Counted from the stretch's first letter, positions 1 to 10,048 are shown. The stretch: 13,883 nucleotides of DNA from Amoeboradix gromovi X-113 (GCA_018985225.1 JADGIF010000224.1:1-13883), one strand, 5' to 3'. Notes: generated by a model not told the origin, from the letters alone. Numbers and translations are program-made.

Positions 1-80
1 GAAGAATGGATTTTGTATCGACTTGTGATTTCTTTTGATTTGACATATTCTGGATTATGAGTTTTTGTTCCATTTACCAT
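1..80 (-). CDS. Possible 5' end of a gene running off the left edge, divergent from calcineurin
   Basis: Two minus-strand frames are open from an ATG to the window edge: ATG at 80 (MVNGTKTHNPEYVKSKEITSRYKIHS) and ATG at 73 (MEQKLIIQNMSNQKKSQVDTKSIL). TTCCT lies 9 nt upstream of ATG 80, like other starts here. No homology recognised. Confidence 0.3.
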   Translation of the reverse strand, partial: MVNGTKTHNPEYVKSKEITSRYKIHS

Positions 81-216
81 TGACAATGAAGGAAGAGTAT
101 CGGGATTTTATACCTTTGGAAATGTTCTAGAAAAGAGTTGATTGGTAAATATTTATTTATTTTTTCGTCTAATCATGATAATTAATTAATTCCAATAAAA
201 TTAAAAGCTGTCCCAA

Positions 217-1674
217 ATGCAAATCCTTGAAACAATCTACTCGATGAATCGTGCCGTAGAAACAGTTGATGCGCCTTATTTATTCACACCAACTAATGAA
301 CAACTTGGGTTTCCTGATACAATATTGGACGGCAATGGCGAGGTTATAATAGATAAGAACTTGAGCATCTCACTTGACTTTTTAAAAGATTTCTTCTTTC
401 ATGAAGGTAGGTTAGCACCAGACCAAGCTCTTTACCTTATAAAACACGCTTCTGTTGTATTAGGTAAAGAGACTAACATTGTTAGCGTTGCGTCTCCTGT
501 AACCATATGTGGGGATATTCATGGTCAATACTACGACTTGATAAAATTGTTTGAAGTAGGTGGCAGCCCAGCTTCCACGCAGTACCTTTTTCTTGGGGAT
601 TACGTGGATCGTGGTTATTTTAGCATCGAATGTTTAATCTATTTATTTGCTTTAAAACTAACATACCCAAATTCAATGTTTATGCTACGCGGGAATCATG
701 AATGTAGACATTTAACTGAATACTTTACATTTAAACTAGAATGCACTCACAAATACAACGATGTAGTGTACGAAGCTTGCCTAGAAGCGTTTAACTCATT
801 GCCCCTTGCTGCTTTGGTAAATAAACAGTTTCTCTGTATACATGGTGGTATATCTCCGGAGCTCCATACTTTAGACGATCTAAAAGGGATAAATAGATTT
901 AGAGAACCGCCTACACATGGTTTGATGTGCGATTTGTTATGGAGTGATCCTTGTGAAGACTACGGTAGCGAAACCACTTCCGAGTTGTTTTTGCACAATC
1001 ATGTTCGTGGTTGCTCTTTTTTTTATACATTTAATGCTGTTCAACACTTTTTGGAGAAGAATAAACTGTTAAGTCTTATCAGGGCACATGAAGCCCAGGA
1101 CGCGGGTTACCGTATGTATAAAAGAAGTAAAACTACTGGTTTCCCTAGTCTAATAACTATATTTAGTGCTCCAAACTATCTGGATGTCTACAACAACAAG
1201 GCCGCAATATTGAAATATGAGAACAATCTAATGAATATCCGCCAATTCAACTGCTCCCCTCACCCTTACTGGTTACCCAACTTTATGGATGTATTCACTT
1301 GGTCGCTTCCTTTTGTTGGTGAGAAGTTGATGGATATGTTGGTCGCTGTTCTTAATACCTGCACTAAAGAAGAGCTAAATGATACTGAATCTCGTAGTTT
1401 ATTAATTAATGTAGCAATAGGAATGGATCCAGAAAGGAAACAAGTTATTAAAAACAAGATTTTGGCGATTGGTAAAATGTCAAAAATGTTCAACTTGCTG
1501 CGACAGGAATCAGAAGCTATTCATGAGCTAAAAGTTTTATCAGGAAAGAATCAGTTACCAGCTGGTTTGTTATCAAGTGGAACTGAAGGTTTAAAAACTG
1601 CTATTACTGGATTTGAGGAAGCTAAGTCAAGAGATCTGATGAACGAAAGAATGCCACCAACGCAAGAAGCGTAA
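217..1674 (+). CDS. CNA1: Calcineurin A (Ser/Thr protein phosphatase 2B catalytic subunit); 485 aa, or 478 aa if the 1394-1414 candidate intron is spliced
   Basis: PPP motifs GDIHGQ, GDYVDRG, LRGNHE and SAPNYLD; CnB-binding helix [22 protein letters not shown]; calmodulin-binding [15 protein letters not shown]; autoinhibitory [16 protein letters not shown]. Confidence 0.97.
   Translation: MQILETIYSMNRAVETVDAPYLFTPTNEQLGFPDTILDGNGEVIIDKNLSISLDFLKDFFFHEGRLAPDQALYLIKHASVVLGKETNIVSVASPVTICGDIHGQYYDLIKLFEVGGSPASTQYLFLGDYVDRGYFSIECLIYLFALKLTYPNSMFMLRGNHECRHLTEYFTFKLECTHKYNDVVYEACLEAFNSLPLAALVNKQFLCIHGGISPELHTLDDLKGINRFREPPTHGLMCDLLWSDPCEDYGSETTSELFLHNHVRGCSFFYTFNAVQHFLEKNKLLSLIRAHEAQDAGYRMYKRSKTTGFPSLITIFSAPNYLDVYNNKAAILKYENNLMNIRQFNCSPHPYWLPNFMDVFTWSLPFVGEKLMDMLVAVLNTCTKEELNDTESRSLLINVAIGMDPERKQVIKNKILAIGKMSKMFNLLRQESEAIHELKVLSGKNQLPAGLLSSGTEGLKTAITGFEEAKSRDLMNERMPPTQEA
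1394..1414 (+). other. Candidate 21-nt in-frame spliceosomal intron in calcineurin A
   Basis: GTAGTTTATTAATTAATGTAG has a GTA start, TTAAT with A at -6 and a TAG end, the same layout as the three 19-nt introns. It is very AT-rich. Removal turns [14 protein letters not shown] into ES-P-IGMD. Confidence 0.65.
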
Positions 1675-1722
1675 TAATCAATAAATTGGTCTCATCTAAC
1701 TTGCTTGTGTATTTTTGAAACT

Positions 1723-3430
1723 ATGAGTTCTCTATTTGCTTGTGGTCCTTCTAATTTATTTCATACTTTGAACCAATTATGCCCTTGCTTATTGGTTCAC
1801 GAATTTTGCAGCATACAAGATACTGTTTATTGCAGAAATTGCTTCAAGAAATTTGTGTTGCTACCGATACCGAGATGTACAAATTTGATTCATGTGTTTA
1901 ACGTATCCATGAATAATGATACCATATCGATAGAATGCACCGAGTGCCTGAAGTCTACCTTTATTGCAGTCACTATGCCACTAATTAGTCCAATTTATGT
2001 AAAGAATATGGAAAAACAAAGCAAAAGCACTTTAAAAAGATGCTTAATGAATGCATTGGATGATGAATCGAGACCGTTGAATCACGACAAAGTTACCAAG
2101 AAGATCAAAACGCCTATTTTAAATGAATTGCTTCTAATGATAGGATATTCGTTTGACCACAAATCAAATAGTTACATCTTAGAGCATGTATGGCACGATA
2201 CCTGCTCGACCTTAATTACATACCTAGATTTGGCAGAACTCGGAAATGTGGCTGTTATTATGGGCATATCGTACTTCGTTGACGGACTAGGATTAACTTA
2301 TGAGAAGTATAGAGATCTTCCCTTGACTGATTACTGCCATGAATCCGTAGCGCCTGCATACAAAGAACTTGGCTGCATCGATTTTAAAGATGATTTGATA
2401 GTCTTTGCTTTCCGTAAGGCGCTCGCAAATACAAAAGATTTGATAAAATACACAACATTGTTGAACACTATATCCCTGGGTAGAAAATCTGATGAACTTA
2501 TGCTAACATATTACAACTATAAGAAATATGTGGACGCATTTAACTACTTTGGAACTTCTAATTCAAATGAGCAGGATTCTTTTTATATCGGTTTGTACAG
2601 AATTAAAACATCAGACAACCCTGAGTACGCTCTAACTGCAAAAAAGCAACTGCAAGTTATAGGTGAATACATTCAGAGCGAGATTATATTACAAATGTGC
2701 ATGTCTAGTGACTTGCTAACTGGTCTTGGCAATAGTGGAGTAAGTTGTCATTTAAATGCATGCTTGCAATGCCTAGCTCATATAGAGCCATTTAGAACGA
2801 CTTTAAACATTGCGAATAATACATTATCGGTTTTACTGAGTGATTTGTTTTCCGAAATGAGCAACAAGTCATATGTATTCCCTAACCAGGAACTAATAAA
2901 GATACTTTTTGGAGCAGCACAACAGCAAGATGCTAGTGAATGCATGGAGAAAATTATAGATCAAATAGGCACCGAAGTTTGTGAGGATATATTTGGGTAT
3001 AAAATAAACAACGAAATAGAATACATTTACAGACTTGATGTTACCCAACCAATACTTAGTGTTATTGAAAACAAACTGACAAAATTCCCAAATGTTTTAT
3101 TGATTCAGATAAATGTACTTTTCGCTAATGCAGAGATTATACATGCAGAACAATGAAATAAAAAAGAATGACTTGGCCATATTGCTACCAAAAGAGCTGA
3201 AATTTTTAGAATACCCACTCGCGTACAGCCTAAAAGGAATATTCAACCATTCCGGAGGTTCTCGGGGCGGACATTACTGGCTTGAAGTGTACTCGAACGA
3301 TCAATGGTTGAAGTGCAATGACAGTCTAGTTGAAACCAGTGATTTTGATATCGATTTGCCAGCTAGTTCAGCTACTTGTCTCGTTTACGCTATAGATGGA
3401 GTTTTTAAATCCTATAAAAGCGAGAAATAA
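1723..3430 (+). CDS. Ubiquitin-specific protease (USP/C19), fungal Ubp2-like; exons 1723-3114 and 3134-3430, 562 aa
   Basis: Cys box GLGNSGVSCHLNACLQ and QQQDASEC lie in ORF 1705-3156. His box IFNHSGGSRGGHYW and WLKCND lie in ORF 3113-3430. A 19-nt intron joins them to give FPNVLLIQIN|RLY. GHYW, QQDxxEC and the N-terminal DDLIVFAF helix resemble Ubp2. Confidence 0.88.
3115..3133 (+). other. 19-nt spliceosomal intron (phase 0)
   Basis: GTACTTTTCGCTAATGCAG; removal restores frame and the USP L-x-I-Q-I-x-R motif; contains GCTAAT with branch A at -6. Confidence 0.92.
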
Positions 3431-3446
3431 ATAATTGCTTCATTTA

Positions 3447-3902
3447 TTAAATAAATACATCTTCTATTCCGTCAAATAAGATATCTAGTGCAGTAAACCA
3501 CCGTGACTGTGGGCGAGAATATTCTGTTGGGGATTCAACTTCTAACTGATTGTCAAAAAGTAACATGTCTATGGGGTCGCCAGAGTGAACGGATTTGATG
3601 TGCCGACTGAGGTTATATCTGTGCTTGTATTTAGAACCGCAAATCTTACACTCGAAGTTTTTGACGTCAAAATGACTCTTTAAATGTGTTTTTAATCTGT
3701 ACCTGTTACTGGTCATATAATCACAATTACCGTAGAGGCATTTCGGTTTTATTCCATGCTGGGTATGTACGGATATAGCATGTCTATAAATGTCATCTTC
3801 TGTACCAGCTATGAAGCTGCAGTTCTTCCACTCACATCTTTGCATCGAATCAGAATATGACTGAGTATCTGCTTCCTCAGCTTTAAGTATATATTCGGCC
3901 AT
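3447..3902 (-). CDS. C2H2 zinc-finger protein with three fingers in a GLI/PacC-like arrangement; start uncertain
   Basis: Fingers CEWKNC...HAISVH, CLYGNC...HLKSH and CKIC...HIKSVH. First in-frame ATG is at 3902 (the ORF track starts at GTG 3932). The stop overlaps AATAAA. Confidence 0.8.
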   Translation of the reverse strand: MAEYILKAEEADTQSYSDSMQRCEWKNCSFIAGTEDDIYRHAISVHTQHGIKPKCLYGNCDYMTSNRYRLKTHLKSHFDVKNFECKICGSKYKHRYNLSRHIKSVHSGDPIDMLLFDNQLEVESPTEYSRPQSRWFTALDILFDGIEDVFI

Positions 3903-4033
3903 ACCCACTTGAAAATCAGACAAGCGTGACACAATATGGCATTATACACTGAGGGGATATGGTCTCACATGTTGTAATAGTGCAATTGCATAGCCCAAAT
4001 TTAGAAGAAAGAACGTGTGTTTACTAATATTTG

Positions 4034-6824
4034 TCATCCCGTATTTCCCATTCCACTGGCTATACCCTGAATCGTAATTATCATCGCATCATTTGTCGCC
4101 ACATCGATATCTACCGATTGTCTTAATTTCTTTAATAATCCAACCTGCATCACATTCAATGGATCCACAAAGCCCAATCTACTATCAATCATTCTTTTTG
4201 TCACCAATTCTTTTTCCAGCAGTATCTTTTGATCTGCTACTTTCAGAATCAAATCCGTGCAATTCTTCATTTCGCTTCTGAACTTGATCCCATATTCTAG
4301 ATGATCTGGTGCTAGAGTGTCATATAATTCTGAGATTGGAAAGGACGCCTTTGATAATACCATTTGAATCAAATCAATCGTGGTTTTAAAGAATGGCCAA
4401 TTTTGATGCATCTCGCGTAATAACTCGAAGTTGCCAGCGTCAATCTCACTTTGCAATGCAGGAGCTATTCCAAGCCACACAGGCAACTGCAATCTTGATT
4501 GAGTGAAACTAAATACCCACGGAATGGCTCTTAACGATTCGATTGTAAATGCATTTTTTCTCTTGCTTGGTCTGCTACCAATATTTAGTCCGCTTATCTC
4601 ATGAAATGGAGTTGCTCTTTGCAGATAGTCCACAAACTGAGCATCCTTGTGTACTATGCGTCTAAAGTGTGTGCAACTAATCTCGCTCATTCTTTCCAAG
4701 CAAGCAGACCATTCAGGTTTCACATTTTCGCCATTTCGTAGCGAATGAAGTAATACCGAGGATCCGTATCTCTCTAATGATTGCTCAGCTGTAGCTTTAG
4801 TACCAAAATGGTTGTCGATAATCTCACCTTGAATCGTGACTCTTATCTGTCCTCTCACGCTTCCAGCTGGTTGCGACAATATTGCAGCATATTGAGAACC
4901 ACCACCTCTAGCAACGCTTCCTATGTTAGCTATAAATACCGCCCCTACCATGGAATGCTGTTAGATTAACTTTGAAATCATCAGCAACTTGAACCAACCT
5001 GATCTGAGCCTTGTACAATTCCCATGCAGATGTAAGTCTACCTGCATCTTTTGCACTATCGCTATATCCTAACATCACCTCGATTCTGTTATCATTGTAC
5101 AACACATACTGCAAGATACTGGCAGGTAAGCTTAAAATATCAAAAACAGTTTTATGACTAATTTCCAAATCCTTTCTAGTCTCAAATAATGGAACAATAT
5201 GTAATAGCACATCAACATTGCATGCCTTTTGCAATAAAGCTACTTCTAAAATATCAGAAGCACTCGTAGCCATCGAAATTACATACGCACCAAAACATTC
5301 AGACTTAGATTCCTGAGCAATCATCCTAAACGTGTCAATCACCTCTATCACTTCAGCACTTGCTTTTGGGTCGTTCTTGGGCCACTTTTCTGAGAACAAT
5401 GGTCTTTTACTGTTAAGGTTTGAAACTAACCACTGCACTTTGGTTTCCTCAGTCCAGTCGTTATAAGATGTCTCCGTATCACCCAAATAACGAACAACAG
5501 CATCTAAAACGTCGCTGTGTCTAGTGCTTTCTTGCCTAATGTCCAATTTGACTAAACTGATTCCAAACGCAGGGATTCTTCGCAGAATGTCTTTTAGTCT
5601 TCCATTCGCAATAATGTACTGGTTAGTGTCCATCAATGACTTGTAAATGGCTTCTAATGGTTCTGATATCTCAGATGCGTTCTTAACAATGTACTTTGGC
5701 GGCGCACCAACAGCTCCATCGCCTGTAGCTTGCAGTTCACCATTAGGGCTGTTAATATTGCCTTTTTCCATAACGCAATCGGCATAGTATAGCTCAGTCT
5801 GCTTTAACCTCTCTCGTAACTGTGACAATAATATTCGATATGGCTCATCACTAGGAATAACTCCCTTGGGAAACGCCAAGTGCAACGACTTGCCCGATGA
5901 CGCAATAGTTAAGGTATTTACGCTTTTGAGATGCTCTAGGAACTCTTTAGTACATTCTGTTGTAGATAATTCAAACAACAGCTTGTCAATTTCTTCATAA
6001 AACAAATGAGCGGCTCTCCATTTGGATAAGTACAAGATGCGTTTAGTAACTTCAGCAGTAGCAAATGGGTTTCCATCTCTATCTCCACCAGTCCATGATC
6101 CAAACTCAAAAATACTGTGGTTATGAGGTAACGGGGACATCCCATGCTGAGATAACACATCGTCGAGCTCATTCATATGAGATGGAAGCGCTTCCCATAA
6201 TGTACTTTCTATAACATTTAGACCATATCTAGCTTCGTCTTCAACTGTTGGTTTGTTTCTACGAACAGTATTAGATTCCCAAGCCGAAATGACTTCCCTT
6301 TCAATTCCCTGGTTAATTTCCCTAATTTCAAAAGGAGTTAGTATGCAAGTATCTCTTTTTAATAAGAGTTTTGCAATCTCGCTATATTTCTCAAGCATTG
6401 TTCGTCTACTGGCCTGTGTAGGATGGGAAGTAATGGTCAAGGACACTTTCTGTCTGGAAAGCATGTCATGTATATCACTCTTTTTCGTTCCTTGTGCTAA
6501 TAATGTGTCTATAGCATCCTTGAATGTGTGCTTAAAAAGAATGTCGTTCTTGCTTCTTTTGTACCCTCGCCATCTACAAATACGTAAGTGCCTCTCAGCG
6601 ACTTCTGCCAACACCAAATATTCGTGAAATAGTCTAGCACCTTTGACAACTTGATCAATTGGCAAAGATTGCAAAACTTGCAGAGTTGTGTCAAACTTAA
6701 GTTCATTCTTTGAAGCAGATTTGATCAAATGCTGGAATTCTTTCGGTGCTAATTTCTCTAGAATAGTAGCAAATCTAGAAATTTCAGCTTGAAGTGGAGA
6801 GATAAAATCAATGGAATCCTCCAT
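4034..6824 (-). CDS. ppc: Phosphoenolpyruvate carboxylase; exons 6824-4940 and 4920-4034, 923 aa from MEDSIDF
   Basis: Motifs TSHPTQ, SWTGGDRDGNP, LDIRQES, YVISMA, VPLFET, EVMLGYSDSAKDAG, spliced FHGRGGSVARGGG, RVTIQGE, NIGSRP, LRAIPW and C-terminal GMGNTG. Start placed at 6824 (CTCCT 8 nt upstream) rather than 6950. Confidence 0.96.
4921..4939 (-). other. 19-nt spliceosomal intron (phase 1) inside the PEPC GRGGxxxRGG catalytic loop
   Basis: Minus strand reads GGC G|GTATTTATAGCTAACATAG|GA AGC GTT GCT AGA. It has a GCTAAC branch motif with A at -6, and removal restores the conserved loop exactly. Confidence 0.96.
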
Positions 6825-7908
6825 TTTCTTCAAGGAGGTTATCCAAACCAGATTTAACAAGAATGAAATTCTTGTGAATTTTTTGAAAATAAAAACCAAA
6901 TGAGTTGCAAACAATCTTCTGAATGTATAGTGTTTTACGTCATCGAGCATGTCATGTTTTCGGTTTTAAAGCCGTTATTTTTTAGTTTGCTAGCACATAT
7001 TAATTGAATTGAACATTGCCGTACGAAGCATTCACATTATTCTTGAAAAGTATACATAGACTCTTAAAGCTGTCGCCATAATTCTCTTTCAAGTTCATAT
7101 TTCCAAAAATCAAGAATTTCCACAGAGTAACCAACAAACACCTTGCATCTGATGGTAAGAAAGCATGAAGGGTTGTTCAATGATTATACAACTATAGAAA
7201 GATATGAATTAGAGGTAGAGTTCATGAAATCACTACACTTGATTTTCTTTGTTTAAAATCGATTACCTAGCATCCGCTTTGTATAATAAACAGTATGAAA
7301 TAAATTTATTATTTTCTTCCCAAGTGACCAGTTATTGCAAGCGCATCATTTCCTTCCTTTCTTGAAGCATGCATCAAGAATTTACTAGCAAGTCGGACCC
7401 ATTTCAAATGATGAAAGAATGAATACCTGTTTAGCTCAATTGGAAATGTACGGAAAAAGAACTTTGGTGATATAAAAGTCAGGTAATCGCGACACATGTT
7501 TTGATAAACTGAAGTCGATAGGTCTTTTTTACAACTGACGCACCGAGATCCTGGCAGAAAGACAAGATGGTTTTTGGGAATTTAATGTCAAAGTGAAAGG
7601 ACGTGATAAAAAGATAATTTACTATAATGTTGCTTGCTACAAGTAGAACAGAAACGGCAATGGTATTGCCTCAAACAGGAAACCAGTGTACACGCTTTGT
7701 AGAAACACAATAATCTTGCTGGTATCAGATTTTAGACGGAAAGAAGAAAAATTAGTAAACGGTTGTCGTCTAACACACAGGAGAAAATGGCCCACTTTAA
7801 CCTTAGCAGCCAATGTTTGAGACTTTTGTTTTAAGACTTTCGTCTGGTTCTTATGTGCGTCCCAAATGTTGAATCAGCGGAAACTAAACGATTAGCAAGA
7901 ATACATCC

Positions 7909-9300
7909 TCATTTGTTTAGTAGATGCTGGAAAGCACGTTCAAATCTCTCAATGAGATCATCTTCACATCCAACTGAAACTCGTATCAAATGTGATTTCA
8001 CCCCATACCTTTTAGCCCAGTCCAGTTCACTATAATGAGCTAGTAAAGTATAAGGACAAACCAATGTACACCAATTACCAAGTGAGGGACCTTTGTTTAA
8101 CTCTAGATTATCGTAAAACGTTTTTGCAATTGATTCGTTTGCAAATTCTATTGAGAACAAATGACAAGACCCTTTGCAATATTTTCTCCAAACTTTCGTT
8201 TCAGAATCAGATTTCTCTGGATGATAAAAGTTCGACAAAATATCGCCATGTTCTCTTAGTTTCTTTGCAAGATAGCTTAAAAAAAGTTCTGAATTGCATC
8301 TCATTTTTTGTAGTCTCATCTCGTAATCAGAGCAATTTATCGCCAAAGCTTTCAAGTCCCTTGCATATATCCATTGGCCTACTTTTCCGTATTGCGTCTC
8401 TAATCTTTCTTTCAGCTCATTGTAATAGTTTCCATTTTTATTCAAACACAAAGAGCCAGCACAAACATTTCCGTAGCCTGAAAATGATTTTGTCAAAGAT
8501 GTAACTAGCACATCACAATAATTAGTCAGATCTGAGTTATAAAACGTAGCTAGTGTGTCATCTACAACGATAAAAGCTTCCTTACTCTTTGCAATGCTGC
8601 ATATATCTGATAAATCAGTGACAGAAAGCAAAGGATTGGTAGGAAATTCTAAAAATATAGTTTTTACATTTTTCACTTGTTTTAGTTCCGAAATTGAAGT
8701 TACGAATTCACATTTGCCGTATTTCTGCAATATCTTTAAAGTGTCCAAGTAAGGGAATCCGAACATCACAAAAGGACCACTAGATATCAGAAAAGCCATA
8801 AAAATTGCCGTCATTCCGCTGGAAAACAAGTAAACATCCTCAAAATCAATTTTTAAATATTGTAAAATTTTAGAAGTAACAATGCTTAAATCCATATTAT
8901 CCACAGGTATTGTTTTATTTTGCAGTATATCTTCTGCTTGTCGGCTGCTTATCCCAAGACCCGTATGTTGCCAAAACTGTTTAACTTTTTTGTCATCTTT
9001 ATCCATTTTATATAAAAGCGTATTTCCAATTTCTACAGTTAAATGACATCTGTCACAAAATTTGGAACAAAGCTGTGCAAAATATTGGTTTTCAAATATT
9101 ACTCTACCGTTATCAAGTTGTGTAACGATTTTGTTCATTAAAAATCGTGGATATCCAGAATCTAGATCAAGCATACCCTCTTCATAATCAACATTATCCT
9201 GCCAAGTGTACAAACAAACAGATACTGCATGCGAATCGGCTGGTATTGGCGAACCTGTTTTTTTAATTATTTCTAATGGCTTATTCCATTGGTGATTCAT
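7909..9300 (-). CDS. STR2: Cystathionine gamma-synthase, fungal Str2-like (Cys/Met PLP-dependent enzyme), 463 aa
   Basis: Motifs HAVSVCLYTWQDNVDYEEG, GYPRF, FWQHTGLGISSRQAE, SGMTAI, FGFPYLDTLKIL, EFPTNPLL, PLP-lysine SLTKSFSG, KGPSLG, PYTLLAHYSELDW and LIRVSVG. Confidence 0.9.
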   Translation of the reverse strand: MNHQWNKPLEIIKKTGSPIPADSHAVSVCLYTWQDNVDYEEGMLDLDSGYPRFLMNKIVTQLDNGRVIFENQYFAQLCSKFCDRCHLTVEIGNTLLYKMDKDDKKVKQFWQHTGLGISSRQAEDILQNKTIPVDNMDLSIVTSKILQYLKIDFEDVYLFSSGMTAIFMAFLISSGPFVMFGFPYLDTLKILQKYGKCEFVTSISELKQVKNVKTIFLEFPTNPLLSVTDLSDICSIAKSKEAFIVVDDTLATFYNSDLTNYCDVLVTSLTKSFSGYGNVCAGSLCLNKNGNYYNELKERLETQYGKVGQWIYARDLKALAINCSDYEMRLQKMRCNSELFLSYLAKKLREHGDILSNFYHPEKSDSETKVWRKYCKGSCHLFSIEFANESIAKTFYDNLELNKGPSLGNWCTLVCPYTLLAHYSELDWAKRYGVKSHLIRVSVGCEDDLIERFERAFQHLLNK

Positions 9301-9439
9301 GTTACAGGAGAATAGAATTTCGTTTTAATAGGTCTGAGCTCTTAGTAAATATACAATTATCTAGTTAGCATATAACTGTTGTTGCAAATTCTTATATTTG
9401 AAGTTTGAAATATAGCTTTTCTCCCCCATCAAACTCAGT

Positions 9440-10048
9440 ATGCGCAATAAAACCCAGGAAATTCTTCAGAAAATCCCAATATCAAACACTGAACCCACCA
9501 AGAGATTTATTGATCCCTTCATAATGAAAGCGGTCAAAATACTTATTGCTATCCCAGAAGGCGATCGTCATACTACACTTCATTCAATCAACGAATTAGG
9601 AAATAGTGCCGTCAAGGAATATCACCGCACTATCATAACAATCTTGAATGATAGATTTCTAAGTTTTAAACCTGAAAAGCTGAGTGTTTCTGCAGAAGAA
9701 TTAGAAACAACTGTCAATAATGAGGCGTCTCCAATCTCTGGCTTTCCGGGTTTTAAAATTCAACAGCTGATGACGGAAAACAAAACTTCATTGGATTTGT
9801 CCTCTCTGGAAGATACCCTTATAGAAATATCTACCTTGCAATCTACCCTTGGCCAGCATTTGCAAGAGCAGGGTGAAAGAATCTCTGTATTAAATGTAGA
9901 CGCGGACGCAATAGATCAGAATTTAGATCTTGGCAATCTGGAGTTGCAAAAATCTATTATACAAATGTCTAAATCGAGATCTTGGTTTGTGTATACTTTG
10001 TGCATATTAAGCAGTGTACTAATAGCGATAGACTGGTTTTATGATTGA
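9440..10048 (+). CDS. Qa-SNARE, syntaxin-18/Ufe1-like, tail-anchored, 202 aa
   Basis: N-terminal DPFIMKA resembles the syntaxin-18 N domain. QQLMTEN precedes the SNARE helix IEISTLQSTLGQHLQEQGERI...NLDLGNLELQK, followed by a C-terminal TM segment ending IDWFYD. Confidence 0.8.
   Translation: MRNKTQEILQKIPISNTEPTKRFIDPFIMKAVKILIAIPEGDRHTTLHSINELGNSAVKEYHRTIITILNDRFLSFKPEKLSVSAEELETTVNNEASPISGFPGFKIQQLMTENKTSLDLSSLEDTLIEISTLQSTLGQHLQEQGERISVLNVDADAIDQNLDLGNLELQKSIIQMSKSRSWFVYTLCILSSVLIAIDWFYD

Noticed and set aside
2875-2889. GTATTCCCTAACCAG as a 15-nt in-frame intron in the USP gene
   Set aside because: The encoded YVFPNQEL matches the USP/Ubp2 V-x-P-x-x-E-L helix start, and the branch A would be at -5.
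5086-5109. GTATGT...ACAG as a 24-nt in-frame intron candidate in PEPC
   Set aside because: There is no A at -6, and removal would shorten the segment before EVMLGY below what PEPCs normally have.
6807-6824. N-terminal SID as the plant PEPC phosphorylation motif
   Set aside because: It lacks the basic residue at -3 and the following AQLR.
7408-7512. ATGATGA...CTGA as a box C/D snoRNA
   Set aside because: No convincing terminal stem and no recognisable rRNA-complementary guide.
7884-7904. Intron-like 21-mer GTATTCTTGCTAATCGTTTAG just after the STR2 stop (minus strand)
   Set aside because: The branch A would be at -9 and no reading frame is rescued. It cannot be supported without RNA data.
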